Part shown: one piece after another, positions 12,283-32,579 of the stretch
Layout of the letters: the number at the start of each line of letters is the position of its first letter
Numbering within the stretch: the first letter of the stretch is position 1
Origin: the human T2T-CHM13v2.0 reference genome, Homo sapiens
NCBI RefSeq assembly: GCF_009914755.1
Contig: NC_060947.1
Reading direction: 5' to 3' (one strand)
DNA length: 64,000 nt
The notes under the pieces: generated by a model
The model's database searches: none
The model's input: only the letters and a program-made list of their open reading frames with translations
Told to the model about the DNA's origin: nothing
Translations under genes and position numbers: made by a program

Positions 12283-14109
12283 GGTGATAAGTGCAGATTC
12301 CTGTTCTGATACCATCCTAGCAAACTAGATTGCTGGTTCACCTTGCCTCTTCACAGATGGCTGGGGGTGGGAGCTGAACTTCTACCCTAGCCCCCCTGAG
12401 AACATTTCCAATAAAAAAGGGGGCACCAATTCACCACACTTTGTTACCTCAGAGGTGGGGTCGGGGAGTATAGGCACAGTTCTTTGCTAGGCTTTAGGGA
12501 AAGGGGAACTGGATGGCTGACTCAAAGTTTTGTTGCTGCAGTGTGGTGGGGCAGAAGCCTAGGTCCCCACTGGTCTCTGAGAACATCAGGGGAAGGAGGG
12601 GGAAAGGAGACTGCCAACAAACCCTGCCTCCCACCACCTGATTCCATCTTGATGATGGGTGGATGAGGAGGCACAGCTCTCCATAGGGCCTAGCTTGCAC
12701 AGAATGCCTGAGCGGGAAAGCAGAGTGTCGATTAGCCCCGCCTCACACCACTTCATTGAGTTTGGATGAGTGTAAAGGTTCAACTTTCCACTGGGCATCA
12801 CTGACACCAGAGATGGGGATAAATGGAATGCTTACTAGTCCCAACTTGGACTGCCTTGTTCAGTGTTATTGATGTCAGGTGAAGGTGAAGGCTCATCTTG
12901 CTGCTGGACACCACTGACACTACCCTGACAGGTGAATTGGATCATCACCATCTGCCTCAGAGAGGCAGGATAGAAGACAAGTTTCCTTCTTGTTCCCTGA
13001 AACCTTGGGGGGTGGGGGAGATAAGGTTTTTCCATTGTTGTTTGTCTAGTGTAGGGGAGGGGAATTTGTCACAAAGGTTTTTCAGTTTTTAGATCACGTT
13101 TTTTATGGTCTTTTGGCAGAGGAAATAGGCTTTTCTTGGAGCTTTGTGTCTGCCATTGTTGGTGGTTCTGGACTGGGGGCTTCTGCGGTGCCCTGTCTGG
13201 GATATTGGGTGGAAATAGAAAAACCAAGGGAATGCGCTGCCTGTGTTCTTGCTCGAGTCCTGAGAGCATGAGTCGGTCTGCTTTCCCCTTTCCACGTTTC
13301 AGAGCTTTCTTTGCTGGTTTGCTGTTATATTCAGGGTGTTCTGATGTAGAGGGACCATCTGGGAGGAAAGGGCAAACTCCAGCTTGGCCAGAACTGGAGG
13401 TCTCTAGGATGTTTATTTTTGAGAATTTTATTTTGACATCTCTTGTGGGCCTACCAAGATCTGACCATCTCGTGATCATCTACTGGTTGCAGAGCAAGCA
13501 GTTCCTCGATTAGTAGGTGTAATCATAAACTTGCCTTTGTGATCTTTTTCTTCTTCCTGAACTTCCTGATTTCTGAACTCCTATGACTCATGATGCATTC
13601 TCAATAAAATCTGCCATATTAAATTCATTTTCCAAGCTTTCGTGTTTCCAAGTATGCCTATTTAACTCTCTGAGACATATTTATTTATTTTTTAATATTT
13701 GTTTCTCTCAGCAGTGACCAAACACTAGTTGCAAACTGGTAAGTTTTCCTTACACAAGACTTTTTTACAAGTCAGAGTCTGAAAGGTCTGGCCTGACTTG
13801 CCGATGGAATCTATATGAATGAAAAGGCCATCTCTATGGAAGATACTGGTAAACTTTTTTGTCAGCTTAGAGCCTGTTGCCCTGGCTTTGCTCACAAGGT
13901 TTGACACTGAAAGACTGTGAAACCTTCTGAATGTGAAATAGTGTATTGGAAATGTTTCTTGTTTAATTAATTCCATAGGTTGGGGGTCATGACATTCTAA
14001 AGTAAATAAGAAAGGAGACTATTTTCTGAAGAATAGAAAAGGCGCATATTAAAATCATTACACTGACCAAGTATCCACTCTCAGGCATCTTCTTACAGTG
14101 ACTTCTTAA

Positions 14110-16690
14110 TACAGGCCAATATCTCTGATGAATATCGATGCAAAAATCCTCCACTAAATACTAGCAAACCCAACTCAACAATACATCAGAAAGATCGTTC
14201 ATCATGACCAAGTGGGATTTATCCCTGGGATGCGAGGATGGTTCAACATATGCAACTCAATCAATGTGACACATCACATCAACAGAATGAAAGATAAAAA
14301 CCATATGATTATTTCAACTGATGCTGAAAAAGCATTTGATAAAAATCCAACATTCCTTCCTGATAAAATTCCTCAACAAACTGGGTATGGAAGGAACATA
14401 CCTCAACATAATAAAAGTCATATACAACAGACTGACAGCTAGTATCATACTGAATGGGGAAAAAGTGAAAGCCTTTCCTCTAAGATCTGGAACATGACAA
14501 GGATGCCCACATTCACCACTGTTATTCAACATAGTACGGGAAGTCTTTGCTCAAGCAATCAGGTAAGAGAAAGAAGTAAAGAGCATCCACACTGGAAAGG
14601 AAGAAGCCAAATTACCTTTGTTTGCTGATGATACGATCTTATATTTAGAAAAACCTTAAGACTCCACCAGAAAACTATTAGAACTGATCAACCAATTTAG
14701 TAAAGTTGCAGGATACAAAATCAACCTACAAAAATCACTAGCATTTATATATGCCAATAGTGAACACCCTGAAAAAGAAATCAAAATTAATCTCACTTAC
14801 AGTAGACACAAATAAAATTAAATACCTCGGAATTAACCAAAGAAGTGAAAGATCTCCACAATGAAAACTGGAAGACATTCATGAAATAAATCGAAGAGGA
14901 CACAATAATGGAAAGTTATTCCATGTTCATGCGTTGGAAGAATCAATATTGTTTAAATGTCCATCATACCCAAAGCAATCCACAGATTTGATGCAATCCC
15001 TACAAAAACACCAGTGACATTCTTTACAGAAATAGGAAAAGCAATCCTAAAATGCATATAGTACCACAAAAGGCCCAGAATAGCCAAAGCTATCCTGAGC
15101 AAAAACGAACAACACTGGAGGAATCACATTACCTGACTTCAAATTATACTACAGAGCTATAGTAACCAAATCAGCAAGGTACTGACATTAAAACAGACCC
15201 ATAGACCAATGGGACAGAATAGGCAACCCAGGAACAAATCCACACACCTACAGTGAACTCATTTTTGACAAAGGTGCCAAGAACATACACTGGAAAAAGG
15301 ACAGTCTCTTCAATAAATGGCGCTGGTGCTGGGAAAACTGGGTATCCCTATGGAGAAGAATGAAACTTGACCCTTATCTCTCATCTTATATAAAAATCAA
15401 ATCAGAATGGATTAAAGACGTAAATCTGAGATGTCAGCCTATGAAACTTCTACAAGAAAACACCGGGGAAACGCTCCAGGATACTGTTCTGGGCAAAAAT
15501 TTCTCGAGTAATACCCGAGAAGCACTGGCATCCAAAGCAAAAATGGACAAATGGGATCATGCATGACTAGTTAAAAAGCTTCTGCACAGCAAAGGAAACA
15601 ACCACTAAAGTGAAGACACAACCCACAAAATGGGAAAAAATATTTGCAAGCTACCCATCTGAGAAGGGATTAATAACCAGTAAAATATACAAGGAGCTCA
15701 AACAACTCTATTGGAGAAAATCTAATAATCCGGTTAGAGAATGGGCAAAAGATTTGAATACACATTTCTCAAAAGAAGACGTACAAATGGCAAACAGGCA
15801 GATGAAGAGGTGCTCAATATCACTGATCTTTAGAGCCACAATGAGATATCTTCTCACCCCAGTTAAAATGGCTTATATCCAAAAGACAGGCAATAACAAA
15901 TGCTGATGAGGGTGTGGAGAAAAGGGAACCCTCGTACACTGTTGGTGGGAATGAAATTAGTACAACGATTATGGAGAACACTCTGCAGGTTCCTCAGAAA
16001 ACTAAAATTTGAGCTACCACATGATCCACCAATCCAACTGCCAAGTATATACCCAAAAGAAAGGAAATCAGCATATGGAAGAGATATCTGCACTCCTGTT
16101 TGTTGCAGCACTGTTTACAATAGCAACATGTGGAAGCAACCTAAGTGTCCATCAACAGATGAGTGGATAAAGAAAATGTGCTACATATACCCAATGGAGT
16201 ACTATTCAGTCGTAAAAAGAATGAGATCCAGTCATCTGCAACAACGTGGATAGAATTGGAGATCTTTATGTTGAGTGAAATAAGCCAGGCACAGATAGAC
16301 AAACATCGCATGTTCTCACTGATTTGTAGGACCTGAGAATCAAAACGATTGATCTCGTGGACATAGAGAGTAGAAGGATGGTTACCAGAGGCTGGGAAGG
16401 GTAGTGTGGAGGCAGGGGGTAGGTGGGGATGGTTAATGGATGCAAAAAAATACAGAAAGAATGAATAAGGTGGGATATCACAGCATGTTGCCTAAAGTCA
16501 GTAATAGTTGAATTGTACATTTTAAAGTACCTAAGAGGATACAGATTGTTTGTAACACACATGACAAATGCTTGAGGGGATGTGATGTGATTAGTACACA
16601 CCGCATGCCTGTTCCAACATATCTCATATACCCCATAAATATATACACCTACTATGTACCCACAAAAATGGAAAAATGAAAAAAATTAAA
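14110..16690 (+). mobile_element. 5'-truncated L1MA1/L1MA2-like LINE (RT to 3'UTR)
   Basis: [19 protein letters not shown]-like motif, L1MA-type 3'UTR and A-rich end. Confidence 0.9.
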
Positions 16691-18760
16691 AGAACTTCAG
16701 GGTAATGAACTAGGATATCTGGCAGTAAAAATAACTAAACAGCAAAACATTCAAGGTACTGCGTGACTTTGTTCGGCCACTTAGACAAAAATGAGAGAAG
16801 AGAGAAATGCTTTAAAGATGGAATTTGTCAATTAAAAGATAGGAAGAAGGTAAATATGTTGAAAAATTTCACCCTAGCCATGTAAAGAATGAAAAAGCGT
16901 GTTTAGGAGTGCAAACTACAGACATGGCCAAGTGACCACTTTGCTAATGAGATTACCATGGCTAGAAGGGAAACAGGTGCTATTCAGTAAGACAAAGACC
17001 ACTGGAGAAAGGCCCTGACGGCATTTCAGAGTTTTCCAGGCTGCTCCTCCAGTCACATGCCCAGTGCACAATGCGAAGGCAAAGTTTCCAGAGAGACGCC
17101 CACGGGACCTCAACATCTGCTGCCCCGTGATGCTTTTAAGTGTCTGCTGCCCGCACCTTCGTGCAGCACTCCTCGGCTGTCCCAGCCATAGTTCAAGGGG
17201 GGCCGGGTGCTGAACAGGCTGCCGGTCTGGAAGGCTCAAGCGGTGGACCTTGGCGGCATCCAAATGGTGCTGATTCTGCAGGTGCACAGCATTCACGAGC
17301 TATGGGTCTGTGACGGCCTCCACCTAGATTTCGCAGAATGTTGCAGACAGCCTGAGGACCCATGTAGAGACCTGCCACAGGGGCAGAGCTGCCAGAGAGA
17401 GTCCCCATCAGGCCAGTACCTGATGGGGCTGTGGGAACAAGTCAGTTGCAGAGAGTCCCAATTCGGGTAATGTCTAGTAGAGGTGTGGGAGCTGGACTGC
17501 TACTAAGATTCCAGAATTTCAGAGCTACTGGCATTTAATGATACCCTGGGAGAGCTGGAGGAACAAGACTCCAACCTGTGAGAGCTGCTGGGTGGACTGA
17601 GCCTAGCAAAGCCATAGAGGCATGGCTGCCTGAGAATCTGGGGGCCCAATCCCTGCCTCAGAAGGCAGAACTTGAACATTATTCTCAAGCCTCAAAATTT
17701 AATGTTGTTTGCTCTGATGGGTTTTGGACTTTCTTAGGATCAGTTATGCCTTTTCTGTTGCCTGTCTCTCCCTCTTGGAATGAGAATGTCTATCCTACGC
17801 CTGTCCCGCCACTGTATTTTGGGAATAGACAACTTGTTTTGATTTCACAGACTCAGAGCTAGAGGAAATTTTCCTCAGTCTGGATCCTGCCTTGAGTCTC
17901 ACCCATCTCTAATTTAGATGAGACTCTGGACTTTGGGTGCTGGAGTGAGTTAAGACTTTGGGGCTACTGGGATGGAATTAATGTATTTTGCATGTGAGAA
18001 GGACATAAATTTGGGGGGCCAGGGGCAGGATGCAATGGTTGGTTTGAATGTGTCCCCAAAAAAGCATGTGTTGGAAACTTAATCCCCAGTGCAACCCTCC
18101 CTCCTAATGGGAGGTGTTTAGGTCATATGAGGGTTGCACCTTGAGGAATGGATTAATACCAATTATAAAAGGGCTTGAGTCTATGAGTTTGATCTCTTGC
18201 TTTCTCTCTCTTGTGCACTCTAGCCCTCCCACCTTCTGCCATTGGATGACACAGCAAGAAGGCTCTCATCAGATGCAAGCCCCCCCACCTTGCACTTCCC
18301 AGCCTCCAGAACTGTAAGATACAAATTGCTGTTCTTTATAAACCACCCAGTGATACAGTTTGGCTCTGTGTCCCCACCCAAGTCTCATGTTGAATTGTAA
18401 TCCTCACGTGTGGAGGGAGGGACCTGGTGGGAGGTGACTGGATCATGGGGGCGGTTTTCCCCGTGCTGTTCTCACGATAGTGATGGAGTTCCCGCGAGAG
18501 CTGATGGTTTTAAAGTGTGGCGCTTCCTCGCTCTCTCTCTCGCCTGCCATCATGAAAGACAAGCCTTGCTTCCCCTTCGCCTTCTCCCATGATTGTAAGT
18601 TTCCTGAGCCCTCCCCAGCCATGTGGAACTGTGAGTCAATTGAACCTTTTCTGTTTATAAATTACCGAGTCTCAGGCAGTATTTTTACAGCAGTGTGAGA
18701 ACAGACTAACACACCCAGTGTTGAGTGTTCTCTTATAACAGCACAAAATGGACTAAGACA
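16691..18760 (+). mobile_element. MST-type MaLR internal region plus 3' LTR (~18030-18760) with a nested MSTA/THE1-like LTR (~18351-18712)
   Basis: MaLR-int motifs, PPT ggggggccaggggcagga, LTR tgcaatggtt...ggactaagaca; nested tgatacagtttggctctgtgtcccc...agactaacaca flanked by acccag. Confidence 0.8.
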
Positions 18761-20384
18761 GGTATCTCAGGGTTCACTTTGCCCTCATCCTCAGGACAAT
18801 GGAAAACACTCAGCCTGGGCCCTTGCCACCTACCAGCTCTAACTGAAAGTGAGTCTGCTGGGTGTCCTGGGGGTTGGAGTGGGAGAGGGGGCCCAGAACC
18901 CTTCATGCCCTGTGAGATCCTGAGGCCAAGGATTGGCACTGACCAATTCACCCATGGTGTGGCATGTGGGTAGTGACCTGTCACCACTGTCTTCACATGG
19001 TGTTTGTGAGGAGAATCTGTGAGATCTGGAGCTGGGGTTCAGAGAAAATTGAGGGGATCTGTCAAACGAGGCAAGAGTAGGCCTCAGACCATTTTGTCAG
19101 GCTCACGTGAGCAAGGTGGAGTTTTCAAAATAAGTCCTTTCCCGAAGGGCATAGTGAGGAGAGCCCTGGGAGCCAGAAGAGACTCTACTTCCTGTTCTTA
19201 GTGCCCCCTGAGTTTGCCACCAACACCCAGGGAGCTGTTTCCAATTGAGTCACCCCTGCAGAGCAAGCTAACTATAGTCGGGAGACCCGGAACCCAGGTA
19301 CTCGTAGCTACGGACATGGGGGAACTCTGAGGGCCTGCTGCATGCCATGCTCTGTGCTTGCTGCATTACATTACATTTTCTTCCTCCATGTGTTCCTCAT
19401 AACGGGATTCTGGTAGGCAGAATTACCAGCTTCTTGGCCTGTCTTAGGTTGCTGAGACTTAATGAGTTGTAGAAGCTTGTCAGGGTTCATTCAGATGCTA
19501 CATGAAATTGCCAGCATTAGAACTGAGCTCTACTGGATGGGCATGATTTCACCACACATAGTTTTAATAAACTCTTGCGCATCACATATTCTTAAGGAAG
19601 GACAAAGTTATCAAAAATATCTGAAAATAACTGAATGACAGAAAAAAAAAGTGCAGTCCATCTCAGAGAGGGCATATTAGAGACAGACATGGAAAGTATA
19701 AAGGAAATAGGAAAGATAATTTAGTGGCCACTGGAATGGGAGTAGAAAAAAAGAATCACACCTTTTCCTTTTAAAGTATTGAATGTACAAAGATGCTATT
19801 TGTTTGTCAGAGTCAGACTTATAACCCCAAAAGTCTCAGGACAGATCAGCTTGCAAGGGGAAGGGAGTGATAAAAGGGACTGATATGCAGTGCATCAACC
19901 AGAAATTTCTATAATTGTCCATCCCTTAACAGCAATCCCTTATTGTGTCTCTATGCCCTGAGAGAGGACATCCAACCCCTGAGAGAGCAGAAGATAAGTC
20001 TGCACATTGAGAGTTTGAACATTCTAAATGATGGAACTGTAATATACAAATCACACACCTACACAGATAGGGGTAACTCTCAAGTCAAGAGTTATTATAA
20101 TCTTTCTTTTAAAAAAAAACAGCATAGCATGAACGCTTCTTAAAATAAAAATATTTATGTGTTTTCTTGTTAATTTGCTGTTACATATTTTCAAGTGTTT
20201 CTCTCAAGAAATTTTCCTAATTAAAAAATACTAAACATTATAAATGTATATTTAGAAGATGAAATCATTCTACATCTTCCATCTATATGATCCCATCACT
20301 GTGATGCATACATATTCAATGTAAAAAGATTGGTGTATATTTTTCAGATGTGTTTCTCTTTGGGTAATATGTCTACCTACCTGC

Positions 20385-20762
20385 CATAGTCTGTTTTCTA
20401 CTGCTATAACAGAATGCACAGGCTAGGCAATTTATAAAGAAGACAATTTTATTTGGCTCACTGTTCTGGCGGCTGGGAAGTCTCAAGAGCATGGCACCAG
20501 TATCTGGCAGGGTACATTGAAGGTGTCACATGGTGATAGAGTGTGTGAGACAAAGAGAAAATGGGGTTTGGACTTAGCCTTTTATCAGGAGCCCACTGCC
20601 ATGATAACTAACACAGTCTCACAATAACAGCATTAATCCATTCATGAGGGCAGAGCCCTCATGACCTAATCTGTTCTGAAAGGTCCTAACTCTCAACATT
20701 GTTACAACAGCAATTGAGTATCCAACACATGAACTTTGAAGGACATATTCAAAGCACAGCAC
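20385..20762 (-). mobile_element. MST/MLT1A-type MaLR LTR
   Basis: tagtctgttttctactgctataacagaat...catattcaaagcacagca. Confidence 0.75.
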
Positions 20763-20895
20763 TACCTTAAATTTTTTTTTAAGTATTCGTTCGTAGGTTC
20801 TTTTTAAAATTTGCAATCACATAAATAACTTTATTCAAATTGGCTTCATTACTTACTTGGACATCAGATTTTCATTTCTTCAATTAGGGTGGTTT

Positions 20896-20981
20896 TGTGG
20901 CAAGCCAAAGTCTCACTAACACAGGCCTCCGTACCAACTGTTTCAGTTCTGACTCAGTGGTGAAGTTAAATATTAAAAACT
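20896..20981 (+). mobile_element. 5' fragment (~86 bp) of LTR3-like (HML-6 ERVK) LTR, cut off by the L1
   Basis: TGTGGC...GTCTCACTAACACAGGCCTCCGTACCAACTGTTTCAGTTCTGACTCAGTGGTGAAGTTAAATATTAAAA matches the recalled start of the LTR3 consensus. Confidence 0.7.
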
Positions 20982-27134
<6,153 letters not shown>

Positions 27135-28142
27135 GTATTCTGCTGCAAACATGTATTACTCTTCAAAACAAAAACAAAAACAAGATAACTCTGAGGACAG
27201 AGCCTGGCTCTGTTCACTTAAAGGGTGGAGCCTCGGGCATAGAGGGCAGAGCCTCTAGCCACGGAGGAATATTCCCAGGCCTTGAAACCTAAATGAGTTT
27301 ACCTGATTGGATTTCAAGTTGGCTTGGAGCTGGTAACTTTTTGCTTGCTTTCATTTTTTCCCGTTGGGAGGGGGACTGTCTATAACCATTATCCTATGTC
27401 CATGTCACCACTGTAATAAAAAAGAGGTAACTTTATTTTCTAGTTCGCAGGGCCACTGATGAAAAGAAATTTAGCCTCAAGAAGGATCATACCCAGAGTC
27501 TGTCTCATACCTGGTTTAGATGATTTACAGATGAGATTTTCAACTCGCGTTGGTGTTAAGACTTTTGGGGATATTGAGGTGAGGCAAATATATTTTGCAT
27601 GTAGAATGAACATGAATTTTGGGGAGTTAGAGGGTAGGCTGTGGTAAGCTAAATAATGGCCTCCAAAGATATCCATGTTGTAGTCTCTGGAACCCCTGAC
27701 TGCCACCTTATATGGCAAAAGGGACTTTACAAATGTGACTAAGGATCTTGAGGTGGGGAGATTATCCTGCCTGGCCCTAAATGTAAGAGCGTTTCCTTAT
27801 TAAGAGGGAAGGAGAGGGACATTTCACATAGAAGGAGGCAATGTGATGACTGACACAAGAAGCTATGATGCTGGCTTCGATGATAAAGGAATGGGAGCTC
27901 TGGAAGCTCCAGGGAAGAATCCATTGCCTTGCCAAGGAATAAAGAATACAGCTTCAGAAGCTAAAAATGGCAAGGCAATGGATTCTCCCTTAGAGCTTCC
28001 AGAGGGAGCCTGGCCCTACTGACTCCCTGATTTTCACCCACTGAAACTGATTTTGGTCTTCTGACAATCAGGATGATAAGAGAATACATGCATGTTATTT
28101 TAAGCCACAAAGTTCAGGGGGTAATTTGTTACAACAGCCATA
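27135..28142 (+). mobile_element. MaLR internal 3' fragment followed by MLT1D-like LTR (LTR ~27640-28142)
   Basis: PPT-like ggggagttagagggtaggc, then TGTGGTAAGCTAAATAATGGCCTCCAAAGATATCCATG...GTAATTTGTTACAACAGCCATAAGAAA...AATACA. Confidence 0.8.
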
Positions 28143-30242
28143 AGAAAAGAAGAAAATAATACAGGAACCTTTAGAGATCATCTAGTCCAGTGGTTTTGAA
28201 ACAGTCCTCAAAACTCCTTCTTCCAGCTCTACTTCAACTCAAGCTGCCTAGCTTTGATCTCTCTTATTCGTGATCTTCTGGAAAGATTTCGTTTTGTGAA
28301 AAATGACTCTATAAAATTGAACAAGAAAATCAGTAATTTAGTCAAGTATAGAATTTTATAGATGAAGACAAAGCCCAAGAAAGTGAAATGATTTTCCCTT
28401 ACTCACTCAAAGAAGACCAGATAAATAAATATATAAACAAACAAACAAACACCGGTTCTTACCCTCAGTTAGAGCTTTCTGTACAACATTGTTCTAGAAT
28501 TGGAAAAGTAGACTGGAGATAAATTGTTAAGGAATAATTGAAATAATATATGTAGAGTGCTTAAAAGAGTGCCTGGTGCATACACACTCACAAATATTTG
28601 TTATAATTATAATATGTACTTGCATATGCACAGAATATCTTTAGAAGTATGCACAAAAACCTGGATATAGTTTCCTCTAAGTAGGATAAATGAGATACAG
28701 GGGTGGCGAAAAAACCGAATTTTCTCTGTACTGCATGTCATTTTTAACCATGTGCATGTTCCACCTATCTATCTAACTGTGCATCCATCCATCCCTAAAT
28801 GGTGAACAGAATTGAGTGAGCTATCTTTCCTTGTTTAGGATCAGGATTCCCATTTCCTCCACGTAGAAGCACAAGAGAATCAATAAACTCAAAATCTCCA
28901 AGAAATCAACACAAGTCAGATTTTAATTATAAAGTATAAAGCAAAGTTTCATTGCAGCCCAAAGTCAGTATCCGTCAACTACTCCGTCATCTTCACAGGG
29001 ATCACTTCAGAACACACTTGTCTGTAAGATAATCTGGCTCCCAAAATTAATACTTTTTTAAAAAATTGTATTCGTATTGTCTAATCACATTAGAAAATTT
29101 AACTAGGCCAGGCTCACTGCCTATTTATTAATTATAAAACATTCATCTGCCATGGTCTCTGTCCTGAGACTATCTAGTCACAAGATTAGAACACGTGAAT
29201 GATCCATTCCACAGCTTTTCTGTGTGCCTCATCTCCAGCCAAAGTAAAAGTAGCACTCTGTTTACCCAGCTATGTCACCCATCTGGTATCCACCCTCTAG
29301 GGAAATCAATCACGTGGTTCCCTGGGGAGTAATGGAACTCCAATCTCATCTGTTGTTTTTCTTGGGCTGAGTAAATTGTACTCAGCTCCTTCCATCCGCC
29401 GAAATAATGAGGACATGATTTTTTTCAACCAGTTTGGGTCTATCCCATAAGTAAGTTTCTATTGTCCCCTGTCCATTCTGAATCCAAACCTAGTCCAAAT
29501 CCAAACCTAAATTTGTTCCTAATTTTCTAGATTGCTGCTTGTCTGCTGCAGTTGGCCTGGGAACGATGGGACGAACCTCTGCAGTCTCTAACAACAAGCC
29601 CAAGTCCTTGTGGACCAAGAACATCTATCATTTGTGTTGCCAAGTCAGCTGATATTCATAACTTGGCAGTTGGAGTCCCAGACTAGGAGTGGGAAAAAGC
29701 ATGGCAGCTGCCCCACGCTTGAATACGCACATCGATTCTGTCAAGAAGAAGGAGATGTTCTAAGCCTAGAGATGTGGCCAGATAAGATTAATTCAGCTGT
29801 AGAAATAGGATCGGGGTGAACTTGATATGATACTCACTGACCTAATTGCTTCGGTTTACTGTCATTATCAGAGATTCCAAGCCTGACCCCTAGAATCACT
29901 TAAAAGAAAGAAATCCCTTGGAAGCTGAGACCTGTCCTTAGCTGAATGCCTGTTGGCACAAAGTTGATATTCACCATATCAACTTTCAACCAATCCCCAG
30001 TTTTCATACTGCTTCAAACCAGACACTAGAACGGGAGTTCGCAACTCTTGCTATTGCTGTATCCTTGAAAACTACAGGGAAATGTGGTGCTAGAAATGGA
30101 GTTCTATGTCTTCTCTTCATCTGCAATTCAGTGAATTTCTGACTTCCAGAAGCCCTTATAGTCATTCTCTGGATAATCTCACAAAGAGTTTTCAAAGCCC
30201 TCAAGGAAATGATTTTTCAATGGAGAAAATAATGCTAGTGAC

Positions 30243-30659
30243 TGTAGGTTAATGAGTTCCCCCCTCCCCCACCAGATTACTTAAGGCTGTATGTCTGCTG
30301 CCTGAACCCTGAAGGCCAGGTGGTGGTCTAAGGCCATGCATGGTGCCCAGCTTAGGAGCCGAGGTGTCTGTGAGAACCAAAACATCCCAGAGTGTACTGG
30401 GAAACATACCAAGAGAAAGAGTCTCATTGCATACAGAAGGCAAAGAGCCAGAAAATTAGCTTAAAAGCAGCTTGCAGAGGAGTGTCAGGGCAGATCCCCA
30501 GAGCTGTCCTGCTGCCACCCAGGAATGCCCTATACGTAAGTCCCAAGAAATTCATCTGCTTATCAAGCCGGACTTGTCCGGGTCATTCTTTGGTCTCTTA
30601 GCTCCTTCCCAGTTTTCAGGGGGCATTATTCTATACAGTCCCAGGATTTTCCCTTATCA
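30243..30659 (+). mobile_element. ERV1-type solo LTR just downstream of the TCP11X poly(A) signal
   Basis: TG...CA termini, ~415 bp, gcaaagagccagaaaattagcttaaaagcagc motif. Confidence 0.65.
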
Positions 30660-30829
30660 GTACCTGATGCCCAGATTCGGCTCAGGCAAGCATACTGAAG
30701 AATGATCAGCCAATGAAGGGAAAACAGAGGGCCCACTGGATTCTCACTCAGCTAGTTAGGGGATGAGGCTGCAGAACCTGACTTCAGCTAGAACACAGGA
30801 GGAACTGAAATTTTCTTGCAGCTCAGAGG

Positions 30830-30835
30830 TTTATT
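30830..30835 (-). terminator. AATAAA polyadenylation signal of the TCP11X gene
   Basis: tttatt on + strand, about 175 nt downstream of the stop codon. Confidence 0.7.
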
Positions 30836-31008
30836 AGTGAAGGGGATTGGGCCAGTTGGTGCTTACATGCTTGACCCCTGCATCCCTGTGTCCTGGCTAT
30901 AGCGAGGAAGAGGGCTGACTGTTCGACTAACCACAGGTGATGTCCTCCCAGAAACATGCTGACCTCTCTCTCCTGAGTCCCTGTTGCCATAGCTGGGGTC
31001 CAGCACTA

Positions 31009-31241
31009 TCAGTTAGGCTCCACATCTGTTTCTTGTGCTTGAGCTGGATGGATGATGTGTTTTAGGATCTCAGCATAGTATGGGCCAAATACCTGCTGAT
31101 TATGATGCATCAGATTGAGAAACTTCCAGCCCAGTTCTGCCAACTCCTTTTCAATGAGAATGAGGCCTCCAGGAAAGTGTAGCAGAGACTCCTGCATGCC
31201 ATGAAGCAAACAGCATTTGAGAAAAAAACGGATCCACTGAT
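31009..31241 (-). CDS. TCP11X2: TCP11X last coding exon
   Basis: ccctgctcacag|ATCAGTGG; DQWIRFFLKCCLLHG...HNQQVFGPYYAEILKHIIHPAQAQETDVEPN*, TGA at 31011-31009. Confidence 0.9.
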
Positions 31242-31817
31242 CTGTGAGCAGGGAAAAACAATGACAAGAGGAACGAAGACGGTACAGAAGAAATTCACAA
31301 TGCCTTTGCTCTATCTGCTCACCAAAGTTTTGCATTAACCGAGTTATTCACTGACCTCTCTGCTCATTTGGGTAAACCGTATACATGAGATTTTTGTTTG
31401 TTTGGGGGAATGGAATGCCATCAATCTCCCAAAGGACAATGCATGATCAAAAGATGCTGAGGTAGTAAATTTCTGGGGGTTCATAAGATTACTTTATGTA
31501 GCTGTATGTGAGATCCTAGGGCACGTTTAACTTAACAAGAGGACCGTAGACCCGGTACCTGAAAGTAACAACACATGTTGCAGCCAGTGCACCAAGTTCA
31601 GGCCCATACACCCAATCCAGGCTATGATCAGATGGTAAAGTTCAAAGCAAGCTGGCCAAGTTCACTGCTTCCATTCCAGCATGGAACATGTCCTACAGCC
31701 CAACTCAGCATCACTTCCATGGAGAGGCGTAGGGGCCCAAATGGTAGCTTAAAGCATAGGATAGAGAAAGGGTTCCTCCATATATCTTGGCCGACATTTA
31801 GAATATGACCAGGAATG

Positions 31818-32130
<313 letters not shown>

Positions 32131-32415
32131 TACCAGGAATGACTTCATAGGGTTAGCGTGATAATATCCAACACCTGTGAATGACATATCTTGGGTACAG
32201 AGCTGTCTTCAAACCATACATGCATTCTCCAAATTGAGAAAGATCTATTTGAACAGTGCACATTATAGACGAGGAAACTAAAGCTAAAAAACTTCCCAAA
32301 TGATCATGCCTTTTCATTTTTAAATGCTTAGGTAACTCACATTCAGGGTAAGGTCTACCCACCCATGCCCCACATTCTTGCCACTTTTCTGCACGACGAC
32401 CATGGAGATTCTTAC

Positions 32416-32579
32416 CAACAATGCTACGAATGCAGTTCTCTTTCTTGGTGATGTTCTGGAGTTGGCCTAGAAGAGATGCTGTGTTTTCACTGCTCAGAGT
32501 AGTGAGGCCCATGTCCTTAAGGCCTTGATGGACTTCCTGAGACACCTGTTCACTCACACTCAGCATAGTCTCTTCAGGC
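32416..32579 (-). CDS. TCP11X2: TCP11X coding exon 8 (164 nt)
   Basis: ttattatctag|GCCTGAAG...ATTGTTG|gtaaga; PEETMLSVSEQVSQEVHQGL...LLGQLQNITKKENCIRSIV. Confidence 0.9.
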
